Counted from the first letter of the stretch, positions 19,401 through 34,474 are shown. The stretch: DNA of 64,000 nucleotides from Nemertoderma westbladi (GCA_032718475.1 JAUCBJ010009144.1:62001-126000); one strand, 5' to 3'. Notes: generated from the letters alone by a model not told the origin. Program-made: numbers and translations.

Positions 19401-22400
19401 ATTTATAACTTCTATCCCACTCCACGAGATAGAGAATCTTAAATGAACGTCAAAAGAACAGGTAACACTTACATTTATAGAAGTAATCAGCTATTATTTG
19501 CTACGTCTTTCCGCTGGAGATGGATGAATTTTGATTGTGTCAGAACACCCCCTATCTGTGGTTGTATGAGTGGAAAGATAAGTAGCCTATCTCCCTATTA
19601 ATATTGTTGTGTTCTAGAATATTTATTATAGTTTCATCGTATTGCTAAAGTGGCTGGAGCTAAAGTTATTATGTAATGCAATAGTTCACCTCAAATATCT
19701 CAGCTATTTCATGAACATAATGAAGTATTAAAGCCATGTCAAAATCATTGGTGTTTTTCTGCAATAATTTATCAAAATATCCTCTGATTTTTTTCAAAAA
19801 CCATATCGATTTTCATATTTATAACTTCTATCCCACTCCACGAGATAGAGAATCTTAAATGAACGTCAAAAGAACAGGTAACACTTACATTTATAGAAGT
19901 AATCAGCTGTTATTTGCTACGTCTTTCCGCTGGAGATGGATGAATTTTGATTGTGTCAGAACACCCCCTATCTGTGGCTTTCTGAGTGGAGAGATAAGTA
20001 TCCTATCTCCCTATTAATATTGTTGTGTTCTACAGTTGAATATTTATTATAGTTTCATCGTATTGCCAAAGTGACTGGAGCTGAAGTTAACTCATAATAC
20101 AATAATTCACCTGAAATTTCTCAGCAAGTTCATGAACATAATGAAGTATTAAAGCCATGTCAAAATCCTTGGTGTTTTTCTGCAATAATTTATCAAAATA
20201 TCCTCTGATTTTCTACAAAAACCATATCGATTTTCATATTTATAACTTCTATCCCACTCCACGAGATAGAGAATCTTAAATGAACGTCAAAAGAACAGGT
20301 AACACTTACATTTATAGCAGTAATCAGCTGTTATTTGCTACGTCTTTCCGCTGGAGATGAATGAATTTAGATTGTGTCAGAACACCCCCTATCTGTGGTT
20401 GTATGAGTGGAGAGATAAGTATCCTGTTTCCGTATTAATATTGTTGTGTTCTAGAATATTTATTATAGTTTCATCGTATTGCTAAAGTGGCTGGAGCTAA
20501 AGTTATTATGTAATGCAATAATTCACCTCAAATATCTCAGCTATTTCATGAACATAATGAAGTATTAAAGCCATTTCAAAATCATTGGTGTTTTTCTGCA
20601 ATAATTTATCAAAATATCCTCTGATTTTTTACAAAAACCATATCGATTTTCATATTTATAACTTCTATTCCACTCCACGAGATAGAGAATCGTAAATGAA
20701 CGTCAAAAGAACAGGTAACACTTACATTTATAGCAGTAATCAGCTGTTATTTGCTACGTCTTTCCGCTGGAGATGAATGAATTTTGATTGTGTCAGAACA
20801 CCCCCTATCTGTGGCTTTCTGAGTGGAGAGATAAGTAGCCTATCTCCCTATTAATATTGTTGTGTTCTACAATATTTTTTATAATTTCATCGTATTGCCA
20901 AAGTGACTGGAGCTGAAGTTAACTCATAATACAATAATTCACCTCAAATATCTCAGCTATTTCATGAACATAATGAAGTATTAAAGCCATGTCAAAATCC
21001 TTGGTGTTTTTCTGCAATAATTTATCAAAATATCCTCTGATTTTTTTCAAAAACCATATCGATTTTCATATTTATAACTTCTATCCCACTCCACGAGATA
21101 GAGAATCTTAAATGAACGTCAAAAGAACAGGTAACACTTACATTTATAGAAGTAATCAGCTATTATTTGCTACGTCTTTCCGCTGGAGATGGATGAATTT
21201 TGATTGTGTCAGATCATCCCCTATCTGTGGTTTTATGAGTGGAGAGATAAGTAGCCTATCTCCCTATTAATATTGTTGTGTCCTAGAATATTTATTATTG
21301 TTTCATCGTATTGCTAAAGTGGCTGGAGCTAAAGTTATTATGTAATGCAATAATTCACCTCAAATATCTCAGCTATTTCATGAACATAATGAAGTATTAA
21401 AGCCATGTCAAAATCATTGGTGTTTTTCTGCAATAATTTATCAAAATTTCCTCTGATTTTTTTCAAAAACCATATCGATTTTCATATTTATAACTTCTAT
21501 CCCACTCCACGAGATAGAGAATCTTAAATGAACGTCAAAAGAACAGGTAACACTTACATTTATAGAAGTAATCAGCTATTATTTGCTACGTCTTTCCGCT
21601 GGAGATGGATGAATTTTGATTGTGTCAGAACACCCCCTATCTGTGGTTGTATGAGTGGAAAGATAAGTAGCCTATCTCCCTATTAATATTGTTGTGTTCT
21701 AGAATATTTATTATAGTTTCATCGTATTGCTAAAGTGGCTGGAGCTAAAGTTATTATGTAATGCAATAGTTCACCTCAAATATCTCAGCTATTTCATGAA
21801 CATAATGAAGTATTAAAGCCATGTCAAAATCATTGGTGTTTTTCTGCAATAATTTATCAAAATATCCTCTGATTTTTTTCAAAAACCATATCGATTTTCA
21901 TATTTATAACTTCTATCCCACTCCACGAGATAGAGAATCTTAAATGAACGTCAAAAGAACAGGTAACACTTACATTTATAGAAGTAATCAGCTGTTATTT
22001 GCTACGTCTTTCCGCTGGAGATGGATGAATTTTGATTGTGTCAGAACACCCCCTATCTGTGGCTTTCTGAGTGGAGAGATAAGTAGCCTATCTCCCTATT
22101 AATATTGTTGTGTTCTACAATATTTTTTATAATTTCATCGTATTGCCAAAGTGACTGGAGCTGAAGTTAACTCATAATACAATAATTCACCTCAAATATC
22201 TCAGCTATTTCATGAACATAATGAAGTATTAAAGCCATGTCAAAATCCTTGGTATTTTTCTGCAATAATTTATCAAAATATCCTCTGATTCTTTACTATA
22301 ACCATATCGATTTTGATATTTATAACTTCTAACCCACTCCACGAGATAGAGAATCTTAAATGAAAGTCAAAAGAACAGGTAACACTTACATTTATAGCAG

Positions 22401-25400
22401 TAATCAGCTGTTATATGCTACGTCTTTCCGCTGGAGATGGATGAATTTTGATTGTGTCAGAACACCCCCTATCTGTGGCTGTCTGAGTGGAGAGATAAGA
22501 ATCCTGTTTCCGTATTAATATTATTTATTATAGTTTCATCGTATTGCTAAAGTGGCTGGAGCTAAAGTTATTATGTAATGCAATAATTGACCTCAAATAT
22601 CTCAGCTATTTCATGAACATAATGAAGTATTAAATCCATGTCAAAATCCTTGGTGTTTTTCTGCAATAATTAATCAAAATATCCTCTGATTCTTTACTAT
22701 AACCATATCGATTTTAATATTTATAACTTCTAACCCACTCCACGAGATAGATAATCTTAAATGAAAATCAAAAGAACAGGTAACACTTATATTTATAGAA
22801 GTAATCAGCTGTTATTTGCTACGTCTTTTCACTGGAGATGGATGAATTTTGATTGTGTCAGAACACCGCCTATCTGTGGCTGTCTAAGTGGAGAGATAAG
22901 TATCCTATTTCCGTGTTAATATTGTTGTGTTCTAGAATATTTATTATAGTTTCATCGTATTGCTAAAGTGGCTAGAGCTAAAGTTATTATGTAATGCAAT
23001 AATTCACCTCAAATATCACAGCTATTTCATGAACATAATGAAGTATTAAAGCCATGTCAAAATACTTGGTGTTTTTCTGTAATAATTTATCAAATTATCC
23101 TCTGATTTTCTACAAAAACCATATCGATTTTCTAATTTATATCTTCTAACCCACTCCACGAGATAGAGAATCTTAAATGAAAGTCAAAAGAACAGGTAAC
23201 ACTTACATTTATAGAAGTAATCAGCTGTTATTTGCTACGTCTTTCCACTGAAGATGAATGAATTTTGATTGGGTCAGAACACCCCCTATCTGTGTTTGTA
23301 TGCGTGGAGAGATAAGTAGACTATCTCCCTATTAATATTGCTGTGTTCTAGAATATTTATTATTGTTTCATCGTATTGCTAAAGTGGCTGGAGCTAAAGT
23401 TATTATTTAATGCAAATATCTCAGCTATTTCATGAAAATAATGAAGTATTAAAGCCATGTCAAAATCATTGGTGTTTTTCTGCAATAATTTATCAAAATA
23501 TCCTCTGATTCTTTACTATAACCATATCGATTTTAATATTTATAACTTCTAACCCACTCCACGAGATAGATAATCTTAAATGAAAATCAAAAGAACAGGT
23601 AACACTTATATTTATAGAAGTAATCAGCTGTTATTTGCTACGTCTTTCCGCTGGAGATGGATTAATTTTGATTGCGTTGGAACACCCCCTATCTGTGGCT
23701 TTCTGGGTGGAGATATAAGTATCCTATCTCCCTATTAATATTGCTGTGTTCTAGAATATTTATTATTGTTTCATCGTATTGCTAAAGTGGCTGGAGCTAA
23801 AATTATTATGTAATGCAATAATTCACCTCAAATATCTCAGCTATTTCATGAACATAATGAAGTATTAAAGCCATGTCAAAATACTTGGTGTTTTTCTGTA
23901 ATAATTTATCAAAATATCCTCTGATTTTTTTTAAAAACCATATCGATTTTCTAATTTATATCTTCTAACCCACTCCACGAGAAAGAGAATCTTAAATGAA
24001 AGTCAAAAGAACAGGTAACACTTACATTTAAAGAAGTAATCAGCTGTTATTTGCTACGTCTTTCTGCTGGAGATGGATGAATTTTGATTGCGTTGGAACA
24101 CCCCCTATCTGTGGCTGTATGAGTGGAGAGATAAGTAGCCTATCTCCCTATTAATATTGTTGTGTTCTAGAATATTTATTATTGTTTCATCGTATTGCTA
24201 AAGTGACTAGAGCTGAAGTTAACTCATAATACAATAATTCACCTCAAATATCTCAGCTATTTCATGAACATAATGAAGTATTAAAGCCATGTCAAAATCC
24301 TTGGTGTTTTTCTGCAATAATTTATCAAAATATCCTCTGTTTTTTTACAAAAACCATATCGATTTTCATATTTATAACTTCTAACCCACTCCAAGAGATA
24401 GAGAATCTTAAATGAAAGTCACAAGAACAGTAACACTTACATTTATAGCAGTAATCAGCTGTTATTTGCTACGTCTTTCCACTGGAGATGGATGAATTTT
24501 GATTGTGTCAGAACACCGCCTATCTGTGGCTGTCTAAGTGGAGAGATAAGTATCCTATTTCCGTGTTAATATTGTTGTGTTCTAGAATATTTATTATAGT
24601 TTCATCGTATTGCTAAAGTGGCTGGAGCTAAAGTTATTATGTAATGCAATAATTCACCTCAAATATCACAGCTATTTCATGAACATAATGAAGTATTAAA
24701 GCCATGTCAAAATACTTGGTGTTTTTCTGTAATAATTTATCAAATTATCCTCTGATTTTTTTTAAAAACCATATCGATTTTCTAATTTATATCTTCTAAC
24801 CCACTCCACGAGATAGAGAATCTTAAATGAAAGTCAAAAGAACAGGTAACACTTACATTTATGGAAGTAATCAGCTGTTATTTGCTACGTCTTTCCACTG
24901 AAGATGAATGAATTTTGATTGGGTCAGAACACCCCCTATCTGTGGTTGTATGCGTGGAGAGATAAGTAGACTATCTCCCTATTAATATTGCTGTGTTCTA
25001 GAATATTTATTATTGTTTCATCGTATTGCTAAAGTGGCTGGAGCTAAAGTTATTATTTAATGCAAATATCTCAGCTATTTCATGAAAATAATGAAGTATT
25101 AAAGCCATGTCAAAATCATTGGTGTTTTTCTGCAATAATTTATCAAAATATCCTCTGATTTTTTTCAATAACCATATCGATTTTCATATTTATAACTTCT
25201 ATCCCACTCCACGAGATAGAGAATCTTAAATGAAAGTCAAAAGAACAGGTAACACTTACATTTAAAGAAGTAATCAGCTGTTATTTGCTACGTCTTTCCG
25301 CTGGAGATGGATGAATTTTGATTGCGTTGGAACACCCCCTATCTGTGGCTGTATGAGTGGAGAGATAAGTAGCCTATCTCCCTATTAATATTGTTGTGTT

Positions 25401-28400
25401 CTAGAATATTTATTATTGGTTCATCGTATTGCTAAAGTGGCTGGAGCTAAAGTTATTATGTAATGCAATAATTCACCTCAAATATCACAGCTATTTCATG
25501 AACATAATGAAGTATTAAAGCCATGTCAAAATACTTGGTGTTTTTCTGTAATAATTTATCAAAATATCCTCTGATTTTTTTTAAAAACCATATCGATTTT
25601 CTAATTTATATCTTCTAACCCACTCCACGAGATAGAGAATCTTAAATGAAAGTCAAAAGAACAGGTAACACTTACATTTATAGAAGTAATCAGCTGTTAT
25701 TTGCTACGTCTTTCCGCTGAAGATGAATGAATTTTGATTGGGTCAGAACACCCCCTATCTGTGGTTGTATGTGTGGAGAGATAAGTAGCCTATCTCCCTA
25801 TTAATATTGCTGTGTTCTAGAATATTTATTATTGTTTCATCGTATTGCTAAAGTGGCTGGAGCTAAAGTTATTATTTAATGCAAATATCTCAGCTATTTC
25901 ATGAAAATAATGAAGTATTAAAGCCATGTCAAAATCATTGGTGTTTTTCTGCAATAATTTATCAAAATATCCTCTGATTTTTTTCAAAAACCATATCGAT
26001 TTTCATATTTATAACTTCTATCCCACTCCACGAGATAGCTAATCTTAAATGAACGTCAAAACAACAGGTAACACTTACATTTATAGAAGTAATCAGCTGT
26101 TATTTGCTACGTCTTTCAGCAGGAGATGGATGAATTTTGATTGTGTCAAAAAAAACCCTATCTGTGGCTTTCTGAGTGGAGAGATAAGTAGCCTATCTCC
26201 CAGTTAATATTGTTGTGTTCTAGAATATTTATTATAGTTTTATCGTATTGCCAAAGTGACTGGAGCTGAAGTTAACTCATAATACAATAATTCACCTCAA
26301 TTTTGATTGTGTCAGAACACCCCCTATCTGTGGATGTCTGAGTGGAGAGATAAGTAGCCTATCTCCCTATTAATATTGTTGTGTTCTAGAATATTTATTA
26401 TAGTTTCATCGCATTGCTAAAGTGGCTGGAGCTAAAGTTATTATGTAATGCAATAATTGACCTCAAATATCTCAGCTATTTCATGAACATAATGAAGTAT
26501 TAAATCCATGTCAAAATCCTTGTTATTTTTCTGCAATAATTTATCAAAATATCCTCTGATTCTTTACTATAACCATATCGATTTTAATATTTATAACTTC
26601 TAACCCACTCCACGAGATAGATAATCTTAAATGAAAATCAAAAGAACAGGTAACACTTACATTTATAGAAGTAATCAGCTGTTATTTGCTACGTCTTTCC
26701 GCTGGAGATGGATTAATTTTGATTGCGTTGGAACACCCCCTATCTGTGGCTTTCTGGGTGGAGAGATAAGTATCCTACCTCCCTATTAATATTGCTGTGT
26801 TCTAGAATATTTATTATTGTTTCATCGTATTGCTAAAGTGGCTGGAGCTAAAATTATTATGTAATGCAATAATTCACCTCAAATATCTCAGCTATTTCAT
26901 GAACATAATGAAGTATTAAAGCCATGTCAAAATAATTGGTGTTTTTCTGCAATAATTTATCAAAATATCCTCTGATTCTTTACTATAACCATATCGATTT
27001 TAATATTTATAACTTCTAACCCACTCCACGAGATAGATAATCTTAAATGAAAATCAAAAGAACAGGTAACACTTACATTTATAGAAGTAATCAGCTGTTA
27101 TTTGCTACGTCTTTCCGCTGGAGATGGATGAATTTTGATTGTGTCAGAACACCCCTATCTGTGGCTGTCTGAGTTGAGAGATAAGTAGCCTATCTCCCTA
27201 TTAATATTGTTGTGTTCTAGAATATTTATTATAGTTTCATCGCATTGCTAAAGTGGCTGGAGCTAAAGTTATTATGTAATGCAATAATTGACCTCAAATA
27301 TCTCAGCTATTTCATGAACATAATCAAGTATTAAAGCCATGTCAAAATCCTTGGTGTTTTTCTGCAATAATTTATCAAAATATCCTCTGATTTTTTTAAA
27401 AAACCATATCGATTTTCTTATTTTTATCTTCTAACCCACTCCACGAGATAGAGAATCTTAAATGAAAGTCAAAAGAACAGGTAACACTTACATTTAAAGA
27501 AGTAATCAGCTGTTATTTGCTACGTCTTTCTGCTGGAGATGGATGAATTTTGATTGCGTTGGAACACCCCCTATCTGTGGCTGTATGAGTGGAGAGATAA
27601 GTAGCCTATCTCCCTATTAATATTGTTGTGTTCTAGAATATTTATTATTGTTTCATCGTATTGCTAAAGTGACTAGAGCTGAAGTTAACTCATAATACAA
27701 TAATTCACCTCAAATATCTCAGCTATTTCATGAACATAATGAAGTATTAAAGCCATGTCAAAATCCTTGGTGTTTTTCTGCAATAATTTATCAAAATATC
27801 CTCTGTTTTTTTACAAAAACCATATCGATTTTCATATTTATAACTTCTAACCCACTCCAAGAGATAGAGAATCTTAAATGAAAGTCACAAGAACAGTAAC
27901 ACTTACATTTATAGCAGTAATCAGCTGTTATTTGCTATGTCTTTCCGCTGGAGATGGATGAATTTTGATTGTGTCAGAACACCGCCTATCTGTGGCTGTC
28001 TAAGTGGAGAGATAAGTATCCTATTTCCGTGTTAATATTGTTGTGTTCTAGAATATTTATTATAGTTTAATCGTATTGCTAAAGTGGCTGGAGCTAAAGT
28101 TATTATGTAATGCAATAATTCACCTCAAATATCACAGCTATTTCATGAACATAATGAAGTATTAAAGCCATGTCAAAATACTTGGTGTTTTTCTGTAATA
28201 ATTTATCAAAATATCCTCTGATTTTTTTTAAAAACCATATCGATTTTCTAATTTATATCTTCTAACCCACTCCACGAGATAGAGAATCTTAAATGAAAGT
28301 CAAAAGAACAGGTAACACTTACATTTATAGAAGTAATCAGCTGTTATTTGCTACGTCTTTCCGCTGAAGATGAATGAATATTGATTGGGTCAGAACACCC

Positions 28401-31400
28401 CCTATCTGTGGTTGTATGCGTGGAGAGATAAGTAGCCTATCTCCCTATTAATATTGCTGTGTTCTAGAATATTTATTATTGTTTCATCGTATTGCTAAAG
28501 TGGCTGGAGCTAAAGTTATTATTTAATGCAAATATCTCAGCTATTTCATGAAAATAATGAAGTATTAAAGCCATGTCAAAATCATTGGTGTTTTTCTGCA
28601 ATAATTTATCAAAATATCCTCTGATTTTTTTCAAAAACCATATCGATTTTCATATTTATAACTTCTATCCCACTCCACGAGATAGAGAATCTTAAATGAA
28701 AGTCAAAAGAACAGGTAACACTTACATTTAAAGAAGTAATCAGCTGTTATTTGCTACGTCTTTCCGCTGGAGATGGATGAATTTTGATTGCGTTGGAACA
28801 CCCCCTATCTCACCCCTTATCTGTGGCTGTATGAGTGGAGAGATAAGTAGCCTATCTCCCTATTAATATTGTTGTGTTCTAGAATATTTATTATTGTTTC
28901 ATCGTATTGCTAAAGTGGCTGGAGCTAAAGTTATTATGTAATGCAATAATTCACCTCAAATATCACAGCTATTTCATGAACATAATGAAGTATTAAAGCC
29001 ATGTCAAAATACATGGTGTTTTTCTGTAATAATTTATCAAAATATCCTCTGATTTTTTTTAAAAACCATATCGATTTTCTAATTTATATCTTCTAACCCA
29101 CTCCACGAGATAGAGAATCTTAAATGAAAGTCCAAAGAACAGGTAACACTTACATTTATAGAAGTAATCAGCTGTTATTTGCTACGTCTTTCCGCTGAAG
29201 ATGAATGAATTTTGATTGGGTCAGAACACCCCCTATCTGTGGTTGTATGCGTGGAGAGATAAGTAGCCTATCTCCCTATTAATATTGCTGTGTTCTAGAA
29301 TATTTATTATTGTTTCATCGTATTGCTAAAGTGGCTGGAGCTAAAGTTATTATTTAATGCAAATATCTCAGCTATTTCATGAAAATAATGAAGTATTAAA
29401 GCCATGTCAAAATCATTGGTGTTTTTCTGCAATAATTTATCAAAATATCCTCTGATTTTTTTCAAAAACCATATCGATTTTCATATTTATAACGTCTATC
29501 CCACTCCACGAGATAGAGAATCTTAAATGAACGTCAAAACAACAGGTAACACTTACATTTATAGAAGTAATCAGCTGTTATTTGCTACGTCTTTCAGCTG
29601 GAGATGGATGAATTTTGATTGCGTTGGAACACCCCCTATCTGTGGCTGTATGAGTGGAGAGATAAGTAGCCTATCTCCCTATTAATATTGTTGTGTTCTA
29701 GAATATTTATTATTGTTTCATCGTATTGCTAAAGTGGCTGGAGCTAAAGTTATTATGTAATGCAATAATTCACCTCAAATATCACAGCTATTTCATGAAC
29801 ATAATGAAGTATTAAAGCCATGTCAAAATACACGGTGTTTTTCTGTAATAATTTATCAAAATATCCTCTGATTTTTTTTAAAAACCATATCGATTTTCTA
29901 ATTTATATCTTCTAACCCACTCCACGAGATAGAGAATCTTAAATGAAAGTCAAAAGAACAGGTAACACTTACATTTATAGAAGTAATCAGCTGTTATTTG
30001 CTACGTCTTTCCGCTGAAGATGAATGAATTTTGATTGGGTCAGAACACCCCCTATCTGTGGTTGTATGCGTGGAGAGATAAGTAGCCTATCTCCCTATTA
30101 ATATTGCTGTGTTCTAGAATATTTATTATTGTTTCATCGTATTGCTAAAGTGGCTGGAGCTAAAGTTATTATTTAATGCAAATATCTCAGCAATTTCATG
30201 AAAATAATGAAGTATTAAAGCCATGTCAAAATCATTGGTGTTTTTCTGCAATAATTTATCAAAATATCCTCTGATTTTTTTCAAAAACCATATCGATTTT
30301 CATATTTATAACGTCTATCCCACTCCACGAGATAGAGAATCTTAAATGAACGTCAAAACAACAGGTAACACTTACATTTATAGAAGTAATCAGCTGTTAT
30401 TTGCTACGTCTTTCATCTGGAAATGGATGAATTTTGATTGTGTCAAAAAAAAACCCTATCTGTGGCTTTCTGAGTGGAGAGATAAGTAGCCTATCTCCCA
30501 GTTAATATTGTTGTGTTCTAGAATATTTATTATAGTTTTATCGTATTGCCAAAGTGACTGGAGCTGAAGTTAACTCATAATACAATAATTCACCTCAATT
30601 TTGATTGTGTCAGTACACCCCCTATCTGTGGATGTCTGAGTGGAGAGATAAGTAGCTTATCTCCCTATTAATATTGTTGTGTTCTAGAATATTTATTATA
30701 GTTTCATCGCATTGCTAAAGTGGCTGGAGCTAAAGTTATTATGTAATGCAATAATTGACCTCAAATATCTCAGCTATTTCATGAACATAATGAAGTATTA
30801 AAGCCATGTCAAAATCCTTGGTGTTTTTCTGCAATAGTTTATAAAAATATCCTCTGATTCTTTACTATAACCATATCGATTTTAATATTTATAACTTCTA
30901 ACCCACTCCACGAGATAGATAATCTTAAATGAAAATCAAAAGAACAGGTAACACTTACATTTATAGAAGTAATCAGCTGTTATTTGCTACGTCTTTCCGC
31001 TGGAGATGGATTAATTTTGATTGCGTTGGAACACCCCCTATCTGTCGCTTTCTGGGTGGAGAGATAAGTATCCTATCTCCCTATTAATATTGTTGTGTTC
31101 TAGAATATTTATTATAGTTTCATCGTATTGCTAAAGTGGCAGGAGCTAAAGTTATTATGTAATGCAATAATTGACCTCAAATATCTCAGCTATTTCATGA
31201 ACATAATGAAGTATTAAAGCCATGTCAAAATCCTTGGTGTTTTTCTGCAATAATTTATAAAAATATCCTCTGATTCTTTACTATAACCATATCGATTTTA
31301 ATATTTATAACTTCAAACCCACTCCACGAGATAGATAATCTTAAATGAAAATCAAAAGAACAGGTAACACTTACATTTATAGAAGTAATCAGCTGTTATT

Positions 31401-34400
31401 TGCTACGTCTTTCCGCTGGAGATGGATTAATTTTGATTGCTTTGGAACACCCCCTATCTGTCGCTTTCTGGGTGGAGAGATAAGTATCCTATCTCCCTAT
31501 TAATATTGCTGTGTTCTAGAATATTTATTATTGTTTCATCGTATTGCTAAAGTGGCTGGAGCTAAAATTATTATGTAATGCAATAATTCACCTCAAATAT
31601 CTCAGCTATTTCATGAACATAATGAAGTATTAAAGCCATGTCAAAATAATTGATGTTTTTCTGCAATAATTTATCAAAATATCCTCTGATTCTTTACTAT
31701 AACCATATCGATTTTAATATTTATAACTTCTAACCCACTCCACGAGATAGATAATCTTAAATGAAAATCAAAAGAACAGGTAACACTTACATTTATAGAA
31801 GTAATCAGCTGTTATTTGCTACGTCTTTCCGCTGGAGATGGATGAATTTTGATTGTGTCAGAACACCCCTATCTGTGGCTGTCTGAGTTGAGAGATAAGT
31901 AGCCTATCTCCCTATTAATATTGTTGTGTTCTAGAATATTTATTATAGTTTCATCGCATTGCTAAAGTGGCTGGAGCTAAAGTTATTATGTAATGCAATA
32001 ATTGACCTCAAATATCTCAGCTATTTCATGAACATAATGAAGTATTAAATCCATGTCAAAATCCTTGTTATTTTTCTGCAATAATTTATCAAAATATCCT
32101 CTGATTTTTTTCAAAAACCATATCAATTTTCATATTTATAACTTCTATCCCACTCCACGAGATAAAGTATCTTAAATGAAAGTCAAAAGAACAGGTAACA
32201 CTTACATTTATAGAAGTAATCAGCTGTTATTTGCTACGTCTTTCCGCTGGAGATGGATTAATTTTGATTGCGTTGGAACACCCCCTATCTGTGGCTTTCT
32301 GAGTGGAGAGATAAGTATCCTATCTCCCTATTAATATTGTTGTGTTCTAGAATATTTTTTATAGTTTCATCGTATTGCCAAAGTGACTAGAGCTGAAGTT
32401 AACTCATAATACAATAATTCACCTCAAATATATCAGCTATTTCATGAACATAATGAAGTATTAAAGCCATGTCAAAATCATTGGTGTTTTTCTGCAATAA
32501 TTTATCAAAATATCCTCTGATTTTTTTCAAAAACCACATCGATTTTCTTATTTATAACTTCTATCCCACTCCACGAGATAGAGAATCTTAAATGAACGTC
32601 AAAAGAACAGGTAACACTTACATTTATAGCAGTAATCAGCTGTTATTTGCTACGTCTTTCCGCTGGAGATGGATGAATTTTGATTGCGTTGGAACACCCC
32701 CTATCTGTGGCTTTCTGAGTGGAGAGATAAGTATTCTATCTCCCTATTAATATTGTTGTGTTCTAGAATATTTTTTATAGTTTCATCGTATTGCCAAAGT
32801 GACTAGAGCTGAAGTTAACTCATAATACAATAATTCACCTCAAATATCTCAGCTATTTCATGAACATAATGAAGTATTAAAGCCATGTCAAAATCATTGG
32901 TGTTTTTCTGCAATAATTTATCAAAATATCCTCTGATTTTTTCAAAAACCACATCGATTTTCTTATTTATAACTTCTATCCCACTCCACGAGATAGAGAA
33001 TCTTAAATGAACGTCAAAAGAACAGGTAACACTTACATTTATAGCAGTAATCAGCTGTTATTTGCTACGTCTTTCCGCTGGAGATGGATGAATTTTGATT
33101 GCGTTGGAACACCCCCTATCTGTGGCTGTCTGAGTGGAGAGATAAGTAGCCTATCTCCCTGTTAATATTGTTGTGTTCTAGAATATTTTTTATAGTTTCA
33201 TCGTATTGCCAAAGTGACTAGACTGAAGTTACTCATAATACAATAATTCACCTCAAATATCTCAGCTATTTATGAACATAATGAAGTATTAAAGCCATGT
33301 CAAAATCATTGGTGTTTTTCTGCAATAATTTATCAAAATATCCTCTGATTCTTTACTATAACCATATCGATTTTAATATTTATAACTTCTAACCCACTCC
33401 ACGAGATAGATAATCTTAAATGAAAATCAAAAGAACAGGTAACACTTACATTTATAGATGTAATCAGCTGTTATTTGCTACGTCTTTCCGCTGGAGATGG
33501 ATGAATTTTGATTGTGTCAGAACACCCCCTATCTGTGGCTTTCTGAGTGGAGAGATAAGTAGCCTATCTCCCTATTAATATTGTTGTGTTCTAGAATATT
33601 TTTTATAGTTTCATCGTATTGCCAAAGTGACTAGAGCTGAAGTTGTCTCATAATACAATAATTCACCTCAAATATCTCAGCTATTTCATGAACATAGTGA
33701 AGTATTAAATCCTGTCAAAATCCTTGGTATTTTTCTGCAATAATTTATCAAAATATCCTATAACCATATCGATTTTAATATTTATAACTTCTAACCCACT
33801 CCACGAGATAGATAATCTTAAATGAAAATCAAAAGAACAGGTAACACTTACATTTATAGAAGTAATCAGCTGTTATTTGCTACGTCTTTCCGCTGGAGAT
33901 GGATGAATTTTGATTGTGTCAGAACACCCCCTATCTGTGGCTGTCTGAGTGGAGAGATAAGTAGCCTATCTCCCTGTTAATATTGTTGTGTTCTAGAATA
34001 TTTATTATTGTTTCATCGTATTGCTAAAGTGGCTGGAGCTAAAATTATTTCATGAACATAATGAAGTATTAAAGCCATGTCAAAATAATTGGTGTTTTTC
34101 TGCAATAATTTATCAAAATATCCTATAACCATATCGATTTTAATATTTATAACTTCTAACCCACTCCACGAGATAGATAATCTTAAATGAAAATCAAAAG
34201 AACAGGTAACACTTACATTTATAGAAGTAATCAGCTGTTATTTGCTACGTCTTTCCGCTGGAGATGGATGAATTTTGATTGTGTCAGAACACCCCTATCT
34301 GTGGCTGTCTGAGTTGAGAGATAAGTAGCCAATCTCCCTATTAATATTGTTGTGTTCTAGAATATTTATTATAGTTTCATCGCATTGCTAAAGTGGCTGG

Positions 34401-34474
34401 AGCTAAAGTTATTATGTAATGCAATAATTGACCTCAAATATCTCAGCTATTTCATGAACATAATGAAGTATTAA

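Noticed and set aside
24085-24105. CENP-B box-like TTGCGTTGGAACACCC variant
   Set aside because: It shares CGTTGGAA with the human box but lacks the essential TTCG and CGGG positions, and it is present in only some monomers.
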